From the NCBI GenBank assembly GCA_018920315.1, contig JAHLMP010000001.1:68206-132205 (forward strand): a stretch of 64,000 bases of DNA, given 5' to 3'. The notes under the pieces were generated by a model. The model was not told the DNA's origin. It saw nothing but the letters and a program-made list of their open reading frames with translations, and searched no databases. Position 1 is the first letter of the stretch. Each line of letters starts with the position of its first letter. The position numbers and the translations under genes are program-made. Positions 21,057 to 31,517 of this stretch are shown piece by piece. The stretch comes from Candidatus Aenigmatarchaeota archaeon. Lineage in GTDB: Archaea > Aenigmatarchaeota > Aenigmatarchaeia > GW2011-AR5 > JAHLMP01.

Positions 21057-22760
21057 ATGAATAAAAATCTTGCGAAGAAAGGAAGCAAGAATAGAGAAAA
21101 AAGTGCGAAAACTATAAGAAAAAAAGAGAAAAAAGTTCTTGAAAAATCGAAAAAGTTGGCAAAGTTATCAAAAATAGAAAATGAGTTGGAAAAAGTAGAA
21201 AGAATTTTAGAGCACACGCAAAGCATTTGTCCAGAATGCTTTAAAGAAAGAAAGATTCATAAAATAAACGCTAGCATTGTTGAAGAAAATGGAAAGATTT
21301 GGATTAAGAAGCGTTGTGAAAAACATGGAACCTTTAAATCAATTGTTTTCAACGATTCAAAGCTTTATTATAAATGGATAAAGTATAAAGTAGATGGAAA
21401 GCCTATAAGATATAAAAGCCCTAAAGGAGAGATAAAAAGCATAGATGCTACCCCTTCCCTTAGTGGAAAGCTATATGATTTGCATCTTTCTCAATCTGTT
21501 TTAACAAATTTATTGGTAACTAATAGATGCAATCTAAGATGCTCATATTGCTTTATGAATGCTGGAGCAAGTGGTTATGTTTATGAGCCAAGCTTAGAAG
21601 ATTTGAAAAAAATTATGAAGCAAGCGAGAGAAGCAAAACCAGTGCCTTCAAAAGCAATCCAGATTACTGGTGGCGAACCAACTGTAAGAGATGATTTAGT
21701 TGAAATAATAAAAGCTGCAAGAGAGCTTGGTTTTAGACATGTGCAGCTAAATACAAATGGAATAAAACTTGCAGAATCCTTAGAATATTGCAACGAAATT
21801 GTAGAAGCAGGAGTTAATACTATTTATATGAGTTTTGATGGTGTAACTAAGAATGCAAATCCATGGATTGAAGAGAATAAAAAAGCAATTGAAAATTTAA
21901 GAGCAGTGGATTTTCATAGCGTAGTTTTAGTTCCTGTTGTTACAAAAAGCAATCTTTTAGAGATGCCAGAAGTTGTTAAATTCGCTTCTCGCAACATAGA
22001 TGTTATTCGTGGCATTAACTTTCAACCACTATCCTTTTGTGGAAGATTGCAAAATGTTACAGAAGATTTTATAGAAAAGCAACGCGTGGATTATGTTGAC
22101 TTATTTAAAACTTTGGAAAATGGATTAGATGGTCAAATAACTATAGATGATTTCTATCCTGTGCCATTTGTTTATCCAGTCTCAAAGCTTGTTGAAAAAT
22201 TAAAAGGCTATGGACAAGTAGAATTTACAGCCCATCCAACTTGCGGAGGAGCTACCTATGTTTTTGTTGAAAAGCAACGCGATAGCATAAAACTTACTCC
22301 AATTACAAGAATTGTCGATGTAGAGAGCTTGATGGAATTCATAAAAGATTTATCAAAAATAGAAGGAAGCTTTTTGAAATTAAGGATAGCGCTTGCCTTT
22401 CTTAGAAATATAAATAAATATGTGAAAGATGAAGGTAAGTTTTTGAAAAAATTACTTTGGAAAGCTTTGGTTTCTGGAAGCTATGAAGGCCTTAGAGAAT
22501 TCCATTATAATACGCTTTACATCGGCTCTATGTGGTTTCAAGACCCTTGGAATTTAGATTTAGAAAGATTAAAGAGATGTGTTGTGCATTATGCAACAGA
22601 AGAAGGAATTGTACCATTCTGCTCTTATAATGGCTTAGGTATTGGCGAGTTGCTCAGAAGAAAGTACTCTATACCAATAGAAGAATGGGAAAACAAAACT
22701 GGAAGAAAATTAGAAGATGACTTGTGGAAAGGTGGAGTTATAACTCAAAGACTAGAATAA
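21057..22760 (+). CDS. radical SAM enzyme with N-terminal Zn-ribbon (COG1964-like; possibly tetraether lipid synthase Tes/GDGT-MAS family)
   Basis: CNLRCSYCFMNA is a CxxxCxxC radical-SAM cluster motif. The upstream CPECF...CEKHG ribbon and the 567-aa length fit this class. The Tes assignment is from memory of family architecture only. Confidence 0.75.
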   Translation: MNKNLAKKGSKNREKSAKTIRKKEKKVLEKSKKLAKLSKIENELEKVERILEHTQSICPECFKERKIHKINASIVEENGKIWIKKRCEKHGTFKSIVFNDSKLYYKWIKYKVDGKPIRYKSPKGEIKSIDATPSLSGKLYDLHLSQSVLTNLLVTNRCNLRCSYCFMNAGASGYVYEPSLEDLKKIMKQAREAKPVPSKAIQITGGEPTVRDDLVEIIKAARELGFRHVQLNTNGIKLAESLEYCNEIVEAGVNTIYMSFDGVTKNANPWIEENKKAIENLRAVDFHSVVLVPVVTKSNLLEMPEVVKFASRNIDVIRGINFQPLSFCGRLQNVTEDFIEKQRVDYVDLFKTLENGLDGQITIDDFYPVPFVYPVSKLVEKLKGYGQVEFTAHPTCGGATYVFVEKQRDSIKLTPITRIVDVESLMEFIKDLSKIEGSFLKLRIALAFLRNINKYVKDEGKFLKKLLWKALVSGSYEGLREFHYNTLYIGSMWFQDPWNLDLERLKRCVVHYATEEGIVPFCSYNGLGIGELLRRKYSIPIEEWENKTGRKLEDDLWKGGVITQRLE

Positions 22761-22842
22761 ACAAATTGAATTTGACATTTGAGATTTCGTAATTTTTAAA
22801 GATTAGAAAATTATTAAAACTTAAAATGTAATAGAATGAAGG

Positions 22843-24066
22843 ATGATTGAAATGAAAAGATTTGAAATAAGAATTATTTTGGCTATTTGCTTTATAATAC
22901 CATTTCTTTCTAGCGTAAGCCTCGCTTTTATAACTTCTAACCTTCAAATTCAATTGCTTCGTTATGAGCCATTTCCAGCAGAGCCAGGAGGATATGTTAG
23001 AATTTGGCTCAATATCGAAAATACTGGTCTTGCAACTGCGAAAAATGTTGAAGTTCAAGTCATGCCAGAATATCCTTTCTTTTTAGATGAAAGAGAAAAT
23101 GCTACTCGATATTTTGGAGAAATATTGGCAAAAGATAATGTAGTTATAGATTATTTAATTAGAATAGCGCCAGATGCTGTAGAGGGAAAAAATAATATCA
23201 CAATAAGATTTCGAGAAAAGGAAAGTGAGATTTGGAACGAAAAGAAGGTTGAGGTTTATATAAAATTTTCTTATCCTACAATTTCCATAGAAAATGTTAG
23301 ATTAATACCTACTTTCATTGAACCGGGGAAAAGTGCTACTCTATCTTTAATGCTAAAAAATATGGGAGAAAGTGATCTTAGAAATATAATAATAAAACTA
23401 GATCTGACAAATCAACAAATAGTAATGAATAATGATGTAAATGAGAAAATAATAAAATATATGAAAGGAAACGAGAGTAAAGAAATAAGTTTTAATATAT
23501 TATCCTATCCTAATGCTACTTGCGGATTTTACAAAATACCAATATTTATAAAATATTACGATTATCTTGGAAATGAGTACTTGAAGGAGTATTTTATTAC
23601 GTTTGTTATTGGAGAGCAACCAAAATTAGAACTTAACTTAGAAAAATCTGAAGTTTTAAAGAGCGGCGATTATGGAAATATTGAAGTAAGGGTAATAAAT
23701 AGAGGAAGTTGTGAAGTTAAGCTAGTCAAAATAATTTTAGAAGAGAATAACAACTTTAATATTTTGTCATCTAGCAAAAACTTCTATGTTGGCTCTATTT
23801 CTCCAGATGATTATGAAATTTTTGATTTCAAAATTTTTGTCAAAGGTAATGAAAAAATTGTAGAAATTCCTTTAACATTAGAGTATGAAGATGAAAACAA
23901 AAATCAATATAGCGAAAGAAGAAGCTTAATGCTTAGATTATATTCTAATGAGGAAATATCCAAGCTATATTCAAAAGGAAATAATATGAATATAATAATT
24001 TTCGCAATAGTTCTTGTTATTGTCATATATTTTCTCTATAAAAGAAGAAAGAAGAATAGAAAATAG
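22843..24066 (+). CDS. secreted CARDB/COG1361-like beta-sandwich repeat protein with C-terminal TM anchor
   Basis: An N-terminal signal/TM, repeated ~100-aa units (...PG..A.L.L.L.N.G...), and a C-terminal IIIFAIVLVIVIYFLYKRRKKNRK. It lies upstream of an FtsX permease plus ABC ATPase, a common archaeal triad. Confidence 0.55.
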   Translation: MIEMKRFEIRIILAICFIIPFLSSVSLAFITSNLQIQLLRYEPFPAEPGGYVRIWLNIENTGLATAKNVEVQVMPEYPFFLDERENATRYFGEILAKDNVVIDYLIRIAPDAVEGKNNITIRFREKESEIWNEKKVEVYIKFSYPTISIENVRLIPTFIEPGKSATLSLMLKNMGESDLRNIIIKLDLTNQQIVMNNDVNEKIIKYMKGNESKEISFNILSYPNATCGFYKIPIFIKYYDYLGNEYLKEYFITFVIGEQPKLELNLEKSEVLKSGDYGNIEVRVINRGSCEVKLVKIILEENNNFNILSSSKNFYVGSISPDDYEIFDFKIFVKGNEKIVEIPLTLEYEDENKNQYSERRSLMLRLYSNEEISKLYSKGNNMNIIIFAIVLVIVIYFLYKRRKKNRK

Positions 24067-24135
24067 TGTAAAATCTAATTTTGAGAATTAAATTTTCATT
24101 AGAATAAAAATTTTGTTTTTAGAAGGTCGTGAAAA

Positions 24136-25344
24136 ATGATTAGTGAATACATAAAAATTGTTTTCATAAATCTGAAAAACAGAAAGCTTAGATCTGCTTT
24201 AACAATAATAGGAATTTTTATTGGAATAGCAGCGGTTGTTTCTCTTATTTCTATTAGTGAAGGGATGAACATTGCAATAAAAGAACAGTTTGAAAAAATG
24301 GGAGCAGATAAAATTATTATAATGCCTGGTGGAGGAGAAGGGATGTTTTTTACTTTTGGGCTTGCTCCTAAGCCACTAACTAAGGAAGAAGTTAATAAAG
24401 TTGCAAGCATTCAAGGCGTTGACATTGCAAGCGGAGTATTATATCGAGTAACAAAGGTTTCTTTCAATAATAAAGCAAAGAATACATACGTTATTGGTAT
24501 ATCCAAAGAAACTATAGATGTTGTTAAAACTATGCAACAATATGAATTGGAGAAAGGTAGAGATTTTTCATCTAATAGATTTGAAGCTATCGTTGGGCAT
24601 GACTTTGCCTATGAAATCTTCGACCGAGAGATCAAATTAGGAGACGAAATTAGAATAAATGAATATAATTTTAAAGTGGTGGGAATTTTAAAAAAGATTG
24701 GAACTAGAAGCGATGATATGTCAGTAATAATAAGTTTAGATAATGCTGAAAAGATTTTTAATACGAGGGATGAGGTTTCGATGATAGTTGCGAAAGTAAA
24801 AGAAGATATAGATGTAGAGAGAGTAGCGAGCGAAATAAGAGAAAAGCTTAGAAAATTTAGAAATGAAAAGAAAGGGGAGGAGAGTTTTCAAGTGCAAACC
24901 TCGCAACAATTGCTATATAGGATACAACAAGTTTTAGGAATGTTTCAAATATTGCTCATTGGAATTGCAGCAATCTCACTTATTGTAGGAGGCGTTGGTA
25001 TAATGAATACTCAATATACTTCTGTGTTGGAAAGAACAAGAGAAATAGGAATAATGAAAGCTATAGGGGCAAGTAATATAGATATTATGATAATATTTTT
25101 AATAGAAGCAGGAGCTATTGGCTTATTAGGCGGGTTTATCGGTTGCATTCTTGGCATTGGAATTGCAAAAACTATAGAGATTTATGCAAGCTCTTCTGGA
25201 TTTGCAATGCTGAAAGCTTATACTAGCCCAGTTTTAATTATATTTTCTCTTTTATTTTCATTCTTTGTTGGTGCAATATCTGGTTTTGCGCCAGCATTAA
25301 GAGCAGCTAGAATGCAACCAGCTGAGGCGTTGCGATATGAATAA
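24136..25344 (+). CDS. ABC transporter permease, FtsX/MacB family
   Basis: 402 aa with an N-terminal TM, a large periplasmic-type domain and a C-terminal FtsX 3-TM bundle. It overlaps the ATPase gene by 8 nt. Confidence 0.85.
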   Translation: MISEYIKIVFINLKNRKLRSALTIIGIFIGIAAVVSLISISEGMNIAIKEQFEKMGADKIIIMPGGGEGMFFTFGLAPKPLTKEEVNKVASIQGVDIASGVLYRVTKVSFNNKAKNTYVIGISKETIDVVKTMQQYELEKGRDFSSNRFEAIVGHDFAYEIFDREIKLGDEIRINEYNFKVVGILKKIGTRSDDMSVIISLDNAEKIFNTRDEVSMIVAKVKEDIDVERVASEIREKLRKFRNEKKGEESFQVQTSQQLLYRIQQVLGMFQILLIGIAAISLIVGGVGIMNTQYTSVLERTREIGIMKAIGASNIDIMIIFLIEAGAIGLLGGFIGCILGIGIAKTIEIYASSSGFAMLKAYTSPVLIIFSLLFSFFVGAISGFAPALRAARMQPAEALRYE

Positions 25345-26050
25345 AAAAACGAATGAAGATAGAAAAGCAATTGTTGAATTGGAGAATGTAAAAAAGATAT
25401 ATAAGCTTGGCAATGTTGATGTTTATGCAATCAAAGGTATTAGTCTTAAAATCTATGATGGAGAATTTTTAGCAATTGTTGGAAAATCTGGTTCTGGAAA
25501 AAGCACTTGCTTAAATTTAATTGGTTGTTTAGATAAGCCAACAAGTGGAAGAATAAAGGTTCTTGGTAAAGATATTTCTCAATTTTCTGAAAATGAAATT
25601 GCAAAAATAAGAGGAAAAACAATCGGATTTGTTTTTCAAATGTTCAATTTAATTCCTACTCTAAATACAATAGAGAATATAATGCTTCCTATGATTTTTC
25701 AAGGTGTTAAAAAAGAGGAAAGAATGAAAAAAGTAAAGGAAATTATTAAACTTGTAGGTCTTGAAAATAGAATGTTACACAAGCCAAATGAATTATCAGG
25801 GGGCGAGCGTCAAAGAGTTGCGATAGCAAGAGCTTTGGTCAACGAGCCAAAAATAATTCTTGCAGACGAGCCTACAGGAAATCTTGACTCGAAAAGCGGA
25901 AAGGTGATTATAGATTTGTTGATAAAAATAAACAAAGAAAGAGGAACAACATTAGTTGTTGTGACTCATGACATAGAGCTTGCTTCTCTTGCGGAAAGAA
26001 TAATAAAGCTAGAGGATGGAAGAATAGTTGAAGAAAAAATTAGAAGATAA
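25337..26050 (+). CDS. ABC transporter ATP-binding protein (MacB/LolD-like)
   Basis: Walker A GKSGSGKST, signature LSGGERQR, and Walker B ILADEPTGNLD. Confidence 0.93.
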   Translation: MNKKTNEDRKAIVELENVKKIYKLGNVDVYAIKGISLKIYDGEFLAIVGKSGSGKSTCLNLIGCLDKPTSGRIKVLGKDISQFSENEIAKIRGKTIGFVFQMFNLIPTLNTIENIMLPMIFQGVKKEERMKKVKEIIKLVGLENRMLHKPNELSGGERQRVAIARALVNEPKIILADEPTGNLDSKSGKVIIDLLIKINKERGTTLVVVTHDIELASLAERIIKLEDGRIVEEKIRR

Positions 26051-26085
26051 GAAATAATTTATTTGTTCTCGGTTTAAATAATTCT

Positions 26086-28383
26086 ATGATGTTTTACATA
26101 AAAACAATATTTAAAGAGTTAGCCTTTATCTTTACTCTAACTCTATTATTCTCTTCTATTTCTAATGCATCATTTATAAAGCTTATAGAAAATGATTTTC
26201 TAATCAAAGCGAATGATAATGCTTGCTTTACTTTTATCTCAAGCTGCGATACTTTAAAGCTGCTTGTTAATGAAAATTTTTTAAAAGATATTGAAAATTT
26301 TGAAGGAAATTTTATTAAAGAATGCATTTTGCTAAGTAATTATGGAAATTATAAAATAGAGTTGAAATGTAACGAAGCTTCAATATATTTTTTTGTAAAT
26401 TCTTCAAACTATACTTGCAAAAATTCTCGAGAAGAAGTAAAAATAATTGATATTAAAATTAATAATAATACAAAGCAATATGAAGAAAATGAATTAAAAA
26501 TAATTGTGAAAAATTTTGGATGTAAAGGGAAAGCAACACTTCTAAAAATTTTTGTTAATGACAATCTCGTAGATGAGAATAGAATTTTTATAATGCCAAA
26601 TGAAACAAAAGAGATAGAAAAAAAGATAAGATTATTAGATAGTGGAAAAAACAAAATAAAAATTGAAATCGATGAAAATTCTCATGAAAAAGAAATATAT
26701 GTAGAAAAGAGAAGCGCTTCAATTTTTCCATTATTTCTTATTTTCTTGATTTTACAATTTATAATTTTATTTAGAAAATATGAAATTTCTTTAGCTTTTG
26801 ATATCTTCATTTATCTTTTCATTTCCTCCATAGTTTTTCTTGGTTACCTATTCGATAAGCTTGATATTTTTTTGTTTTCTTTCAAATTTTCTTTATTGCT
26901 ATTTTTCTTCATGGCTGCGCTCCTCCTAATATCCAGAAATTTTATTTTTAAAAAAAGTGAAAGAAGAAAAATAAAAAGAAATGAAGATTTAAAACTTTTT
27001 GCTATTGCATTTATACTAATTCTCTTCTTTACATCATTGCCAAAAATAATTACAAAAACTCAAAATACTTATTGGAATGTTTTCTATGAAAGACAGGCGA
27101 GAGAAACATTTTATAATGGCTTATCGCCGCGATTTGATGAGCTTAGCTATTTAGGAAGAGAGATGAGTTATCCAACAGGCTATTTTATTCTAAAATCTTC
27201 TTTACTTTGGTTATTTAATTTAAGTTACAACTACACCTTTGATATACTCTTAGAAATTTTCTTTAATGCTATGCTTATAATTTCTTTAATTCATCTAACT
27301 AAAAATTTAAAAGTAAATTATTCCTTAATTTCAAGATTAATATTTCTCTTAAGCTTTTGCTCTTTTGTTTTCATCTTTACTTTATTATCTGCGCATTTAC
27401 TTCATGTACCTTCACTTGCTTTATCATTTTATTCTTTAGCTATTCTCTTGGATAAAAACATATCACAAAACAAAAAATTTTTTTTAACATCTTTTCTTTT
27501 ATTTTCGGCAAGCTTGATTCATCCTTATGCTTTAATCCTTTATTTAGCTTTCTATTTATTTTTTGTTATTATTCGTGAAATAGAATTTAACTTTAAGCTT
27601 ATTATTCCACTTTTGATAGCATCGTTTCCATTTATCGGAAAAAGCTACTCAAGCTCAAATGTTGCTCTTGCTTCTCAATGGGGTTGGTTCTTGAAAGGAG
27701 GATTTACTGGATTAATTAAAGAATTTTCATTTTTGTTTTTAATAGCCTTATTGATAATCTTGCTCGATATCTTTGAGATTTTTAGAAAAAGAAAAATAAA
27801 TGAAAAACAAAAAAGAAGATTAATTACAGAAACTTTGTCAATTTTATCATTAATAACTTATGCATTAGTATCCTTCCGCGTTAATATTTTAGCTTGCTTT
27901 TTCATCTCTTTTGTTTTAATGGATTTTATAAATAAAAGAAATAACATAAAATGCGAGAATTGGAAGAATAATTTTCTCTTTTCCTTAATTTTATTCTTTG
28001 TTTTTCTCAATTATCTTTACTCTATTTATGAGATAACCTATGGATATAACCTAGGAGGCTATATAGATGAAGCTACATTACTTGTGATTGAAAATTTAGG
28101 CTCTAATGGCTACTTTATCAAAAGCGATGAAAAGATTATCGCTGACCCATTCCTTGGGCATGCTATTACATTTATCTCTGGAAAGAAAGTTCTTGCTGAT
28201 CTTTATGTAGAGTATGCAAACGAGACGAAACTTAAAGATGCTATAGAATTTTCTACAAAAAATAATTTCTCGATCGCTGAAAAATATAACATAAGTAAAG
28301 CTCTTACAAAAGATTCTTGCAAAGATTGGAATAAAATATATGATAATCTAGCATACAAAATATGTGAAAAATTTGAAAACTAA
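26086..28383 (+). CDS. large polytopic membrane protein with N-terminal extracellular domain (possible GT-C-type glycosyltransferase)
   Basis: 765 aa with a signal peptide, a ~200-aa beta-rich domain, then at least 12 hydrophobic helices. No catalytic motif is confidently recognised. Confidence 0.45.
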   Translation: MMFYIKTIFKELAFIFTLTLLFSSISNASFIKLIENDFLIKANDNACFTFISSCDTLKLLVNENFLKDIENFEGNFIKECILLSNYGNYKIELKCNEASIYFFVNSSNYTCKNSREEVKIIDIKINNNTKQYEENELKIIVKNFGCKGKATLLKIFVNDNLVDENRIFIMPNETKEIEKKIRLLDSGKNKIKIEIDENSHEKEIYVEKRSASIFPLFLIFLILQFIILFRKYEISLAFDIFIYLFISSIVFLGYLFDKLDIFLFSFKFSLLLFFFMAALLLISRNFIFKKSERRKIKRNEDLKLFAIAFILILFFTSLPKIITKTQNTYWNVFYERQARETFYNGLSPRFDELSYLGREMSYPTGYFILKSSLLWLFNLSYNYTFDILLEIFFNAMLIISLIHLTKNLKVNYSLISRLIFLLSFCSFVFIFTLLSAHLLHVPSLALSFYSLAILLDKNISQNKKFFLTSFLLFSASLIHPYALILYLAFYLFFVIIREIEFNFKLIIPLLIASFPFIGKSYSSSNVALASQWGWFLKGGFTGLIKEFSFLFLIALLIILLDIFEIFRKRKINEKQKRRLITETLSILSLITYALVSFRVNILACFFISFVLMDFINKRNNIKCENWKNNFLFSLILFFVFLNYLYSIYEITYGYNLGGYIDEATLLVIENLGSNGYFIKSDEKIIADPFLGHAITFISGKKVLADLYVEYANETKLKDAIEFSTKNNFSIAEKYNISKALTKDSCKDWNKIYDNLAYKICEKFEN

Positions 28384-28440
28384 AGTTGAATGTAATATAA
28401 AATAAAATCAAAAGAATGAGATTAAAAATTATTCTAAAAT

Positions 28441-29214
28441 CTATCCGATATAACTAACCTCTTTATTCTCTTCCTTTGCTGACAGAATCTCCTTTATCAT
28501 TCTCTTCTGAAATTCCTCTGTTTTCTTTATTTTCTTTTCCAACTCTCTTGCTTCCTTCTCAAGCTCAGAAAGGTCTATCTCTATATCTAAAATTTTCATT
28601 AAAACTCTTAGCACAGCCTCTGCTCCTATTGGATCAGCAATTACTATAGGAAAGCCTGTTGTTTCTGCCAAAAGAGAGATAGCATCTATACCTCTTATTG
28701 CAGCAAGACCTACTAATAAGCCAGAAACTCCTACAATGCTTCCTACAAGATTTCCATCGAATATTATTTCATAATTCTTGAATCTTTCTAACAATTTTTC
28801 ATTATTAACAGCTCCGACAACTCTTGGCTTTCCGCTAAATTCTTCTCTAGCAAGACCTCCTAATGTTATGATTAAATTCACATCAAACTTTCTTGCAACA
28901 TCTAAAATTGCATTAGATAAATCGTAATAGCCTTCTGGAGTAGATGCTTGTGTATCACCTATAACTATTATAAGATCGTTCTTCTCACCTTTGTAATAGT
29001 AGAATTCTATTCTCAATAATCTTGCTATGCCATCTTTTTGTAAAATTACTGAAGGGAAGAAATCGCTTGAATATAGCTCTGCAAAATTTTTTGCTTTCAA
29101 TTTTTCAACAAGATAGCCTGCTGCTATCCTTCCTATATTTCCAATTCCAGGCAACCCCTCTATCATTATTACATTATTTAACTTAGGCTCCTCAAGATAT
29201 ATTGTTTCTATCAT
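28441..29214 (-). CDS. PAC2-family proteasome assembly chaperone (COG1938)
   Basis: The N-terminal VIMIEGLPGIGNIGRIAAGYLVEKL pattern and an acidic coiled C-terminus; 257 aa. Confidence 0.7.
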   Translation of the reverse strand: MIETIYLEEPKLNNVIMIEGLPGIGNIGRIAAGYLVEKLKAKNFAELYSSDFFPSVILQKDGIARLLRIEFYYYKGEKNDLIIVIGDTQASTPEGYYDLSNAILDVARKFDVNLIITLGGLAREEFSGKPRVVGAVNNEKLLERFKNYEIIFDGNLVGSIVGVSGLLVGLAAIRGIDAISLLAETTGFPIVIADPIGAEAVLRVLMKILDIEIDLSELEKEARELEKKIKKTEEFQKRMIKEILSAKEENKEVSYIG

Positions 29215-29304
29215 TTTACCTCATCTAATATAATTTAGAAAGGAATGTTTATATACTTTAGTTACTTTTAGTTTACTCTTCGTGAAACATTTTCTATCTT
29301 ATTG

Positions 29305-29889
29305 TTATACTCTATTTTCTCTAAAATCTTTAATAATCTTAGAAATTTTTTCAAGAATTTCTTTCAATCTCTTCTCGCTTACAGAATTATCTATAATTAC
29401 ATCATAAAATCTTTTGTTACAAGGATTTATTTTATAAATTTTTTTATATTTTTCTAAATCGCTTTCATCTCGCTCTCTTATTTTTTTCATGGCCTCTCTT
29501 ATCGATAAACCATCCCTCTTTGCAACTCTTTGCGATCTTATTTTTAATGGACAATCAACGAAAATTCTGAAACAATTTTTTAACTTGCCTTCATTCAAAA
29601 GCTTTGTGGCAACATAACCAGAAAGCCTACCATCTATTATCACATTTCCCTTTCTTAATAATCTTTCTGTCTCTATATCTGTAATCAAATCTATATCTTT
29701 ACTTCTCGTTTTACAAAACTCTTCTAAAGATTTACTCTCGCTCTTTGCAATCTCTCTGAAAATTTCTCCAGCAGATTTGTGTCTCAGCTTAAGCTTTTTA
29801 GCAATAAACTTTGCAACATAAGTTTTTCCAGAGCCAGAAAGACCAGAAACAGTAATTACAACTTTCTTTTTTCTATTTTTGCCTATCAT
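29305..29889 (-). CDS. cmk: cytidylate (CMP) kinase, archaeal type
   Basis: VITVSGLSGSGKTYVAKFIAKKLKLRHKSAGEIFREIA is a P-loop with the archaeal cmk N-terminal pattern. Confidence 0.75.
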   Translation of the reverse strand: MIGKNRKKKVVITVSGLSGSGKTYVAKFIAKKLKLRHKSAGEIFREIAKSESKSLEEFCKTRSKDIDLITDIETERLLRKGNVIIDGRLSGYVATKLLNEGKLKNCFRIFVDCPLKIRSQRVAKRDGLSIREAMKKIRERDESDLEKYKKIYKINPCNKRFYDVIIDNSVSEKRLKEILEKISKIIKDFRENRV

Positions 29890-29923
29890 CTTTTATTCTT
29901 TATGTTCAAAAAATTAAAAATCT

Positions 29924-30565
29924 TTAAAGCTCGCTATCGATTTCAACTATTCTTACCTTATCCTCTCCTCTTGCTTTTTCTTCTCTTCTCGGTTTTTCTT
30001 CTCTTCTTTTTGATAAAAAGCTTAAAATTTCCGAGACTATTATGTAGAGACAAATAACACCAAATAATATTGTTAATGAGATTACATGAGCTGGAGAGAG
30101 AAGAATATTATTTTTCGTTTTCTCTTCAAGTTCCAATCTCAATCTCTCTACATCAGATAACTGACTCTTTAAAGTACTTATCTCTTCCTCTATTTTATTT
30201 AACTCATTCTCTAATTTTATTTTATTCTCATTCTCTTCTTCAAGAGTTTTTCTAAGCTCTTCTATCTTTTCCTTTCTTTCTTCTAATTTTATAATAGTTT
30301 CTTCTATCATCTTGTTTATTTCATTTATCCTACTTAAATTCTCTATAAATATTCTTCTATAAGTAATTTGCTTTCCATCATAGGTAACGATAACCTGCTC
30401 TTCTGATAAAACTCTGTAAATTGTAGCATTAGAAGATTCGTTGCCCTTAACATCTTGAATTGTATTTTCTTGTGCTGCAAAAACTATAGATGAAGCTAAA
30501 CTAAATGCCAAAATTATTGCTAATAATTCTATTTTCAAAAATTTATTCTTCTTCACTTTCTTCAC
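29924..30565 (-). CDS. secreted coiled-coil protein with C-terminal TM anchor
   Basis: Signal peptide LAIILAFSLASSIVFAAQE, a long heptad-rich segment, TM VISLTILFGVICLYIIV and a charged tail. The anchor is homologous to that of the 324-aa neighbour. Confidence 0.6.
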   Translation of the reverse strand: MKKVKKNKFLKIELLAIILAFSLASSIVFAAQENTIQDVKGNESSNATIYRVLSEEQVIVTYDGKQITYRRIFIENLSRINEINKMIEETIIKLEERKEKIEELRKTLEEENENKIKLENELNKIEEEISTLKSQLSDVERLRLELEEKTKNNILLSPAHVISLTILFGVICLYIIVSEILSFLSKRREEKPRREEKARGEDKVRIVEIDSEL

Positions 30566-31517
30566 CTTTTCTTAAATTTATGTAAATCGAATAGCCCACC
30601 AAGATTATGAATAGTATTGCAACTATAATGACTTGGTTAGAAGAGACAAGATAATGCTCTTTCAATAACTTTTCTATATCGCTTTTCTTTCTATTCTCTT
30701 CATCTATCCTTTCCATAAAACTTAGCTTCTCGCTTTCCTTTTCTTTAATACTTTCATTTATTCTTGATATTTCCCTTCTTATACCGTCTATTTCATATAG
30801 CAGTCTATACTCTTCCTCATCTAATTCCTTAAATCCTGACTTTATTTTACTCAAATCATATAACAATTCTTCTTCTCTTGTTCTATCTTCTATTATCAAA
30901 GGATTTACAATAGGATAATCTACAAAATCTACTGTAAGCTTTCCATCAGAATCGCTTCTGAATATATAAATCATTCTCTCATTAAGATTATAACTCCATT
31001 TTATGTTTGTAAGTCCAACTATTCTTGTAGGCCTTTTTTCAGAATATATAAATATTTCGTTTCCTTTTCCATCAAAACTTATTCTTAGTTGCTTATTGAT
31101 TTTATAATAAGATGTTTCATTTGGATTTATAAATAATCCTGAAGTCTTAGGAAGAATTGCAAACTCGCTAATTCTTGCAAAGCTCCAAGTTTCATTCTCT
31201 TTTATAAATGGTCTAAAAGTAATCCACTTACCATTAACAACATTAACATAAACTTCTATTTCTCTGCTCTCTCCAAGATTCTTAACAAAACCTACATAAA
31301 GCTCCATTCCATTTTTAGTTATAAACTTTTTTACTTCATAGCTTACATTCTCTTCTAAAACAACTAATATATCTTTGCTTTCATTCTCTTCGCTTGTTTT
31401 TGCTTGCAAGATTTTATTCTCATCTTCTATAGCATATATTCTATTCATATTAACAAAGCTAACTAATGCAAAAGTTATCAAAACTCCTATAAACAATAAA
31501 ATTAAACTTCTTCTCAT
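30543..31517 (-). CDS. secreted beta-rich + coiled-coil protein with C-terminal TM anchor
   Basis: A signal peptide, a ~200-aa globular part, a coiled coil and TM VIIVAILFIILVGYSIYI. It shares a 4-nt ATGA overlap with the upstream gene. Confidence 0.6.
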   Translation of the reverse strand: MRRSLILLFIGVLITFALVSFVNMNRIYAIEDENKILQAKTSEENESKDILVVLEENVSYEVKKFITKNGMELYVGFVKNLGESREIEVYVNVVNGKWITFRPFIKENETWSFARISEFAILPKTSGLFINPNETSYYKINKQLRISFDGKGNEIFIYSEKRPTRIVGLTNIKWSYNLNERMIYIFRSDSDGKLTVDFVDYPIVNPLIIEDRTREEELLYDLSKIKSGFKELDEEEYRLLYEIDGIRREISRINESIKEKESEKLSFMERIDEENRKKSDIEKLLKEHYLVSSNQVIIVAILFIILVGYSIYINLRKGEESEEE

